Below are positions 57,056-64,000 of a stretch of DNA of 64,000 nucleotides, piece by piece (position 1 is the stretch's first letter; the number at the start of each line of letters is the position of its first letter). The translations under genes and the position numbers were made by a program. Under the pieces are notes generated by a model. The model searched no databases. It saw only the letters and a list, made by a program, of their open reading frames with translations, and was not told the DNA's origin. Location of the stretch: IMG/VR virus record IMGVR_UViG_3300007734_000758. One strand, written 5' to 3'. This DNA is from a virus.

Positions 57056-58702
57056 TTATGTATCAAATCTGACGATAAAGTTTAAATCAATATCATCACG
57101 TTTTTGTATCGGTTGTGCCATTTTCGCAACGGCTACCATTTCATTCTTATCATTATATAATCCAATTGTACTTATATATGGTTTCAATGACCCGGTCCTA
57201 AAATCGCCAGAAATCAAATCAGAATCTGGTGACTGCAATACTGTAGGATTAAATGATAAATTAAATGTATCTTTAGGCACGCGTACTAAGATTTCATGTT
57301 CATAAATACGCTGGGATCCATTATAGTTTAAGGTCCATGTATTATTTAAAACATCTGTATTTGAATATTTCGCATGCGGGCTAGAAATAACTATATTTCC
57401 TGAACGGTAGAAAACATTTCCTACAACGTTAGTTTGAAATAACGATCCAGACAGGTAATGTGCATTGGCTAATGAACTAACTTGGTCCGTGGTTAGTGCG
57501 GTATTGTACATCCTAATTTCTGCCATCGATCCACTAAATCCGTTAGAACCGCTTATATTTAATGCGCCGAATATTATATCGGAATTGTTATATGTTTGGT
57601 GCACAGTAGAATCAGTTATTGTCTTATCTAAAGCACCGTTTACGTACAACTCAATATTACTTCCGGTTTTCTGTACTACGTAATGCCTATAGGTATTGTC
57701 ATCTACAAACATTGATGAAGAAATAGCCACTGTATTCGAACCATCTGACCTTTCTACTAATAAGCGTTTACTGGTACTATTACTCATACCAATAAAGAAC
57801 GGGTATCTATTTCTAAAGATATTTTTCTTAGAAGTCTTAATAATATCTCGTTTTAATCCCAATTCAGTTACTGTTTCCGTGCCCTGCTTGGAAACCATAT
57901 ACATTCGATTTGGAATTGAATCATTGGATATTTTAGCCCAAAATGATATTGCCCAGTTTTTATCTTTTGCCCACTTAAAATTATCATTATTATCTGTTGC
58001 AATATAACTAGTAGAACCGTTAAAGTTTGCAACCAATCCGTGATACGATCCGGTAGTCCCACTTGAAGTCAATCCAGTAGTATATATAATATCCTTTACT
58101 GTCGCTGGCACTAACGGATCAAATACATTACTTTGATACTCTAAAGTATTTTTTACGGGAGTACCGGTTACTGTCTTTATATAACGGTATTCGTTATTGA
58201 ATGACCAATATCCCAATAAATTACTACTCGGAGCAAAATTAGTGATACTGATTGCGGAATCTTCGAGGTTACCGTATTTATCATCTTGTAGATAGAACTG
58301 CGTACCTGCACTAGTAGATCCGGTTATCACAACGCTCTCACTCTTTATCTTTTCACCCATCAACAGGTATGGTACAGATATTAAACTAGCGGAGTAGAAT
58401 AATGTTTTCGTAGTGCGGCTCGGAACATAATGCTCCATAGTTCCATATGGTTCATACGGCAATTCATAGTATAGTTGATTGATTGAATTCCAAATTAATG
58501 GTTGAAAAGTACCATCAGAATTGGTTAAATAGTTAGATGAACTGATTTCCGGTGCAGCATAGTTGAATACTGCTTTGTATACAGAATAACCACTCGAAGT
58601 CGTTGCACTGATATTAGTTGCAACAAAGGATGGGTGGGCAGTACGGGCTCGTCTCTGATAATCTCCTCCACGTATAGGTCGAAATGTTAACAATCCCGGC
58701 AT
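57056..58702 (-). CDS. Virion/baseplate protein with LamG (concanavalin-like) domain
   Basis: FNG..SY, ISFW, HYVV, LYVNG, FSGSMAEIRMYNTAL; C-terminal YISTIGLYND...VAVAK. Confidence 0.7.
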   Translation of the reverse strand: MPGLLTFRPIRGGDYQRRARTAHPSFVATNISATTSSGYSVYKAVFNYAAPEISSSNYLTNSDGTFQPLIWNSINQLYYELPYEPYGTMEHYVPSRTTKTLFYSASLISVPYLLMGEKIKSESVVITGSTSAGTQFYLQDDKYGNLEDSAISITNFAPSSNLLGYWSFNNEYRYIKTVTGTPVKNTLEYQSNVFDPLVPATVKDIIYTTGLTSSGTTGSYHGLVANFNGSTSYIATDNNDNFKWAKDKNWAISFWAKISNDSIPNRMYMVSKQGTETVTELGLKRDIIKTSKKNIFRNRYPFFIGMSNSTSKRLLVERSDGSNTVAISSSMFVDDNTYRHYVVQKTGSNIELYVNGALDKTITDSTVHQTYNNSDIIFGALNISGSNGFSGSMAEIRMYNTALTTDQVSSLANAHYLSGSLFQTNVVGNVFYRSGNIVISSPHAKYSNTDVLNNTWTLNYNGSQRIYEHEILVRVPKDTFNLSFNPTVLQSPDSDLISGDFRTGSLKPYISTIGLYNDKNEMVAVAKMAQPIQKRDDIDLNFIVRFDT

Positions 58703-58718
58703 TCATTTATTTTTTATT

Positions 58719-59894
58719 TTAGAAATCTAATTTAACCTTAATATTAGCTTCACGTGTAAACGACTTCATCAACGGTTTACTTAATTTCGCTACTGCTAAT
58801 AATTCCTGACGGTCATTATATAGACCTACACTAGTAATATATACTTTAGGATCAGTGACAAATGTTGCTTGTGCTAATTCACCTTCAGATCCAGTTACAT
58901 AACTAGGATTATTTGAGTAGTTATACTCTAAGTTCTTTACCCTAACAAAATAGTATGTAGACTTAACCTGCTCAGCAGAACGTGCCTTAAATCCTAATGA
59001 GAAATTCGAAGCTGCTCCAGATATTGAAGTGAAAATCCTAAATGCATTATCACCCGCAGTATTTGAACTTACATTCGTACTAAATGAAGCACTCAAGTTT
59101 AATGTATCTGCATTTAATACTGCAATACCGTGCTGCGGATAAAATAAACCATAGTAGTGCGGTGCAGATGAATTATACACACCGTCTGCTATCGTTCCCG
59201 AAACTAGATTATAAACTTTACCTGCAGAATTTACAGTAGCCGTATTCAATGTACTATCATCAATCAACTTGATTGGCGTGCTGGAAGCACTCACAACCGG
59301 ATTGGTAGAGCCGGTTAATGCTGCCAATGAAAGTTCAAAGTTACCCTCATCAATACGTTCACGCATCCTAGCACGATTAATATTAATTACATATATATGA
59401 TTCGAATCGGTACCATTAAATGTAAACTTAGAATCATTAGGTTCAAGTAATAACTGACGATACTGTGAATAGATTGCTTTGGTCGGATAGTCACTGTAAC
59501 TAGTACCAGACTCTGCAGAACCTGAACCATTAATATGGCCATAGGCAACAGAGAATTGGGGGGCTGCGGTTTCTGTGGTACTTGCACTTTGAAATACTTC
59601 GTAATAATATGTTTTTTGTGTTGCCGTTTCGGTAGAAGAGGTAAAGAATGTAGTCAATGTACCAACATTGTTTGACCATAACCCTTTAGTAACCTCTTCC
59701 TGCTGATTGGCGATTACATCACCATCAACGAAAGGAGTATATAAGCCAGTAAATGAAGCTGCATTTCTAATTGCAGCACCCACTCCGGCACGGCCTACAT
59801 TATTTGCGAATATACCATTCGCTAACGGCCTATTTGTAGTCAATCCGCCGGTTCCTGCTACGGTGGTTGTAGTTGCTATTCCTGGTAACGCCAT
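58719..59894 (-). CDS. Virion/baseplate protein, paralogous to its neighbour
   Basis: C-terminal YITSVGLYND..ELLAVAKLSKP..K; structural cluster. Confidence 0.65.
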   Translation of the reverse strand: MALPGIATTTTVAGTGGLTTNRPLANGIFANNVGRAGVGAAIRNAASFTGLYTPFVDGDVIANQQEEVTKGLWSNNVGTLTTFFTSSTETATQKTYYYEVFQSASTTETAAPQFSVAYGHINGSGSAESGTSYSDYPTKAIYSQYRQLLLEPNDSKFTFNGTDSNHIYVININRARMRERIDEGNFELSLAALTGSTNPVVSASSTPIKLIDDSTLNTATVNSAGKVYNLVSGTIADGVYNSSAPHYYGLFYPQHGIAVLNADTLNLSASFSTNVSSNTAGDNAFRIFTSISGAASNFSLGFKARSAEQVKSTYYFVRVKNLEYNYSNNPSYVTGSEGELAQATFVTDPKVYITSVGLYNDRQELLAVAKLSKPLMKSFTREANIKVKLDF

Positions 59895-59905
59895 ATTTTT
59901 TTATC

Positions 59906-60574
59906 TTATAAAGTTAATCCTACTCCTGAAGTAGTAGCTAAAGTTTGTTTCTGTACTGTTAAATTAATTGTTACAAATCCACCGGTTTCATTTCCTACGA
60001 TTGTAATTGTAGCCGTTTTAGTGGATATTGGTTGTGATTTAGCAGTAATTCTAAATTCTAAACCAGTAACAGCAACACTCTGTGCGGCTTCATTATCTCC
60101 AATAAATGCAGGTATTGATGCTGCGGCTGCTTGCGGGGCTACGGTAACAACTTCAATAGTCGCTACACTTGAATCTGAAAGAATTGCAGTGTATCCGAAG
60201 TTAGAATTACCATTAGTTAAATTAGCCGTATACGGAGTAATCGTAGAATTACCACCCGTTGTCAATGTAATTGAAGTTTGGCCAACCTTTACTACCGGTA
60301 TACGAACCGTGTTCTTAGGTAATGAAACCAACTTATATTTAAGCATTTGTGTTTCATCCGGCAACGCCTCAATTAACGGTAGATTTTCGATTGCAATACC
60401 ATAATACGCAGAACCTAACGGATGGTTAGGATTCCATAATGAATAATCAATCTCATCATCTGCAAGTGCAAACTGCGTAATATTGAATTCATTCTGCCCG
60501 CGGGCTAATAATTCACGGCCCTTTTTGGTTAATATTGCATCAACCGTTATACTAGAATTGTTTAAATATCCCAT
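59906..60574 (-). CDS. Virion/baseplate structural protein
   Basis: VDAILTKKGRELLA, FALADDEIDY; late motif upstream. Confidence 0.65.
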   Translation of the reverse strand: MGYLNNSSITVDAILTKKGRELLARGQNEFNITQFALADDEIDYSLWNPNHPLGSAYYGIAIENLPLIEALPDETQMLKYKLVSLPKNTVRIPVVKVGQTSITLTTGGNSTITPYTANLTNGNSNFGYTAILSDSSVATIEVVTVAPQAAAASIPAFIGDNEAAQSVAVTGLEFRITAKSQPISTKTATITIVGNETGGFVTINLTVQKQTLATTSGVGLTL

Positions 60575-60614
60575 GATACCTTATATTTTATTATAAATAT
60601 ATCGTTAGAGAAAA

Positions 60615-63600
60615 TTAAAGTACACTCAACGTGGAGTTACCTGAATCCTCGGCTGAACGCAACGCTAACGATGAAACTTCAAAATATTCCACTACAGGTC
60701 CATTATCGGGAGTTGCTGTCGTAGGTACATTGAAATCCGGACCGGTCAATCTACAACCATCATAATATAGATTAGTAATATCTGTAGGGTTATCATCTCT
60801 ATATGAAGTTTCAACTAGAGACCTGGAATAATAGAGTCCGCGTGATTGACTCACTGCAATATCATATCCAATCAAGTATGGAGTCGTTGCCCAAGAAGCA
60901 AAACTACGGTAATGATATTCAACTGCTTTATACACTGTTGATGTGCGGTAACCATCTATATATGATCCGGTAGGGGAGGCTTCTAATGGATGAGTCGACG
61001 CTGTTATATAACCTGAACCTGAGAATATAACTCCAGTATAGGAATATTTAGCGCCTTCAAACCTATCATCCTTAACATTAAGACTTGCAGAGTAATCTGT
61101 TAATTCCGCTTCAAGTGATAACTCTGTATCAAGTTTATAATTCGCTTCGTAATTGTCCTGGGTGAATGATGGTTCTTTATATGACACTGCCTTTGAACGT
61201 TCTAGAACGCTCGGTTCGATCAATAACCCGGATACTAGATTAGCCCTAGCAGGTACTAACTGTTTTAACGATTCGAAGAACGCGAAATCAAATAGGGTAA
61301 AGATTCGTATATATGTATTTATGTCATTCTTCTGAGTATACTTTTTCCAATATTCATTCGTGAATTTATGTAATGTTTCATACGAATCTTTATACTGTTC
61401 TGCAGGTAATCCGAAATAATCGTCTAAACTAACATATCCTACATGATTATAAATGTCTTTGTTTATATAATCTGTGGGAGAAAATGCAATTACCAATTTA
61501 TTGGAATCTGCCGGTGCATTGTCGAATCTACTTACCTCAGCTCGAGTGGTAGGATCTAATCTACCATATAGGTCACTCGATTCCAAACGTATTTTTACTG
61601 AACGTGGACTTGATCCAAATGTATCCGGAGTATATGTATAGAAGGTTTCAATATTATCATCGTAATTGTAACCGCTTGTTGGATTTGGGAATGATTCTGC
61701 CAATCCATACGTTCCAGTACCTAGTGATGAAAAATCAGTGCCATATCTAGGATGTGATGATGTTATTGAAGTGTTCGTAGAATGGTTGTATCGAAGCCCA
61801 TCGACACCAAACGGATAATATCTAACTAATTGAGTATATGAACCGGTAGGGTTATTTGCTCGATATGCTGCCGGGTTTAGAGTATGATAATCAAATATTT
61901 CTTGAGTTATCTCCTCCATGTATTCTTTATATGCTTGAATATTTCCTTCGAATTTACCGGATCCGGAAACACCTGCCGTTATATTTTTATATCCCCCGAT
62001 TAATATACATGCATCAGTACCGGGCCAAGTTGACTTAGGTATACACCAGAAATTTACGTCCGTGTCTGAATTAAATGTATAATTTAATGTGGCACTGCCC
62101 GAATGAATTATTTTTCCTGTTATATAATCGCTGGCTTTCTGTACACGTACTGTAATATTAGCTGAATATGGATATGTGCTAGAAGTAATAACTGTATCGG
62201 TAGATAACATTACATTCCACCAATCATTATCATATATCGGTAAATAGGGAGTATATGCGTTTATCTGTTTATTTAACGATCCAGTACACATACTAAAACG
62301 TATTCTTGCATACTGTCCTGAACCACTAAAACTTCCTGTAGATTCTAAAATTAAACCCCAAAATCCCGAAGTACCTGTCGGTACGGCTGAGTGCAATAAC
62401 ATGCTCAACGAACCGGATACGGTAGGCGTAGGTTTAAAACGGAACATTATTGTTTTTGGCGGCGTATCTATTATATCCGCCGATAGATTTATATTCAATG
62501 TTACTCTGTCATAACGAACATTAGATTCGGTATCAAATGCAAGTGCATAGTTAAACCTATCATCAACCAATGCTGCGTCTCGGGAACTTACCGGAGGACC
62601 ACCATACTCTCTAATAGGTACTAATGTTTGAGGAATACCATAAGCATTCATTAAAGCATTTACAGACCTACCGGTACCTTTTGTTTTTAGTACATATGGC
62701 AAATTGTTTATAATCCTACGCCATATTTCACTCGTATCGTCTTCATATGCTTTTGTGAATATTGAGCCGGTTGATTGGTATGAACCAGAAACAGATGTTC
62801 CTAATTTATAACTCCATAAGTCTTTTGATTCTTTACCATTAATCAACTCCCATCCCATCGAGTTTGCTATTCTAGGAAGTAATTCTTTTGGTATTCCTAA
62901 TTTAGGATGTTGCTCGGTTGAATAACGTTTATTCATCGCATCTACATATGACCAAACGATATCATAATAGTGACCAATCATATTCACGAATAGAACATAC
63001 TGATCATTTAACGCATCTTCACGTATATGTAGTGGTATTGTATTTACTAATGAGTTCGGATTCTGCTCGTCATACAGTGAACCGGTAGCAGACAATCCAT
63101 TATACCAACTTAAACCTAAACTACTTGTGGTATGATGTAATACATATGAACCGCTACTTAAATATTTCGGATATGGAGTAATGGTATAACCGTCTGCGCC
63201 AATAAAAGATCCGATAGCACCATGTGTAAACAGGCTCGATGTGGCTGAATTGTACAGCCATTTCTCGAAATCATCAAATGAACCTAGAACTGAATATTTA
63301 CGTTCACGGTTGATTTCAATATTCCCTGCTTTACCTATAGCATCGCTACCCGAAGCGCCGGACAACAATGCTATCTGTGAATCATAGTATTCTACTAATT
63401 GTAATTTATAATAAAAGGTGTCAATACGTTCTTTAGCGGAACCGTAAAATACAAAATTATCAAACCCAGTATAGTCTAAGTTTAGGTCGATTCCCTGTAT
63501 TGATCCGGAAAATATTGAATTGATTACTTTATTCTTAACATCTGTCGTTGCTGCTAATAAATCATTCCACGTCTTAAAACCAGTTTCACGGCTTCTATTA

Positions 63601-64000
63601 TTTTGTACGTCAATATCAAAATTAGGACCACGTATTTGGTTGTAAGAAGGAACAAATGGTACCTGCAGGAATTTTGCATAACTAACGAACGAATCCGTTA
63701 ATTCATCGACGATCCATAATGGTGAAAGAACATCTACGTTAAAATCTAACGGCCTACTTAGCTTAAAATACATTAATGTATCTTCTGAAACGGTCACGGA
63801 AGAAAGATTAATTGTATCTATGTAGGTATTGATTATTTTGTAAATATTATTGTTTCCGAAGTTCAGTGCATAGGAATCAAAATATTCGCTGTTATTCTGT
63901 GTTCTAGGATCATACTTAACAGTATCTAACCTAGTGACTTCATTAAGATTTTTAGAATCATTAAATGTTAATGAAACGTTCACTAACGGATTCAATTTCT
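60615..64000 (-). CDS. Large baseplate wedge-like protein, 5' end beyond the window
   Basis: FVNMIGHYYD, NNLPY.LKTKGT, YGIP, LKQLVPARA; frame is open to the right edge. Confidence 0.65.
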   Translation of the reverse strand, partial: KLNPLVNVSLTFNDSKNLNEVTRLDTVKYDPRTQNNSEYFDSYALNFGNNNIYKIINTYIDTINLSSVTVSEDTLMYFKLSRPLDFNVDVLSPLWIVDELTDSFVSYAKFLQVPFVPSYNQIRGPNFDIDVQNNRSRETGFKTWNDLLAATTDVKNKVINSIFSGSIQGIDLNLDYTGFDNFVFYGSAKERIDTFYYKLQLVEYYDSQIALLSGASGSDAIGKAGNIEINRERKYSVLGSFDDFEKWLYNSATSSLFTHGAIGSFIGADGYTITPYPKYLSSGSYVLHHTTSSLGLSWYNGLSATGSLYDEQNPNSLVNTIPLHIREDALNDQYVLFVNMIGHYYDIVWSYVDAMNKRYSTEQHPKLGIPKELLPRIANSMGWELINGKESKDLWSYKLGTSVSGSYQSTGSIFTKAYEDDTSEIWRRIINNLPYVLKTKGTGRSVNALMNAYGIPQTLVPIREYGGPPVSSRDAALVDDRFNYALAFDTESNVRYDRVTLNINLSADIIDTPPKTIMFRFKPTPTVSGSLSMLLHSAVPTGTSGFWGLILESTGSFSGSGQYARIRFSMCTGSLNKQINAYTPYLPIYDNDWWNVMLSTDTVITSSTYPYSANITVRVQKASDYITGKIIHSGSATLNYTFNSDTDVNFWCIPKSTWPGTDACILIGGYKNITAGVSGSGKFEGNIQAYKEYMEEITQEIFDYHTLNPAAYRANNPTGSYTQLVRYYPFGVDGLRYNHSTNTSITSSHPRYGTDFSSLGTGTYGLAESFPNPTSGYNYDDNIETFYTYTPDTFGSSPRSVKIRLESSDLYGRLDPTTRAEVSRFDNAPADSNKLVIAFSPTDYINKDIYNHVGYVSLDDYFGLPAEQYKDSYETLHKFTNEYWKKYTQKNDINTYIRIFTLFDFAFFESLKQLVPARANLVSGLLIEPSVLERSKAVSYKEPSFTQDNYEANYKLDTELSLEAELTDYSASLNVKDDRFEGAKYSYTGVIFSGSGYITASTHPLEASPTGSYIDGYRTSTVYKAVEYHYRSFASWATTPYLIGYDIAVSQSRGLYYSRSLVETSYRDDNPTDITNLYYDGCRLTGPDFNVPTTATPDNGPVVEYFEVSSLALRSAEDSGNSTLSVL

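Noticed and set aside
696-62038. Plus-strand ORFs and short nested minus-strand ORFs in the track
   Set aside because: They are shadows of well-supported genes, with no motifs or expression signals.

Overview
This is a 64 kb slice of a large, AT-rich, T4-like myovirus of the bS21-encoding type. The probable host is Bacteroidota, based on Bacteroidota-style TTTG-N19/21-TAnnTT promoters and a Bacteroidia-like bS21. All credible genes lie on the minus strand. In transcription order (right to left) the window holds: baseplate/virion proteins, Holliday-junction endonuclease, primase, fused SbcD-SbcC, long fibre proteins, neck, sheath, PhoH, a fibre cassette, a double nucleotidyltransferase, terminase (mini-intein), portal (HNH intein), prohead protease, small putative internal head proteins, bS21, scaffold, major capsid, a free-standing endonuclease, tube, tail chaperone, tape measure, baseplate hub, a divergent PolA, SSB, a fractured RecA/UvsX, 5'-3' exonuclease, helicase and class II RNR. 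The most striking observations concern non-canonical gene expression. (1) The 5'-3' exonuclease gene carries an in-frame CTC-TAG-CTC inside its first catalytic motif, a matched take-off/stop/landing arrangement that suggests programmed ribosomal stop-hopping. (2) RecA/UvsX is split in two, apparently rejoined by an atypical split intein with a 16-aa N-fragment, around a Vsr-like homing endonuclease whose start is locked in a hairpin enclosing a candidate late promoter. (3) The tail chaperone has a probable +1/-2 frameshift on a U7 run. (4) A phage-specific ATATTTAT(A/T) motif precedes about 20 genes, while strong AAAGGA Shine-Dalgarno sites mark high-copy genes in a phage carrying its own bS21. 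All product calls come from motif recognition only; no searches were run.
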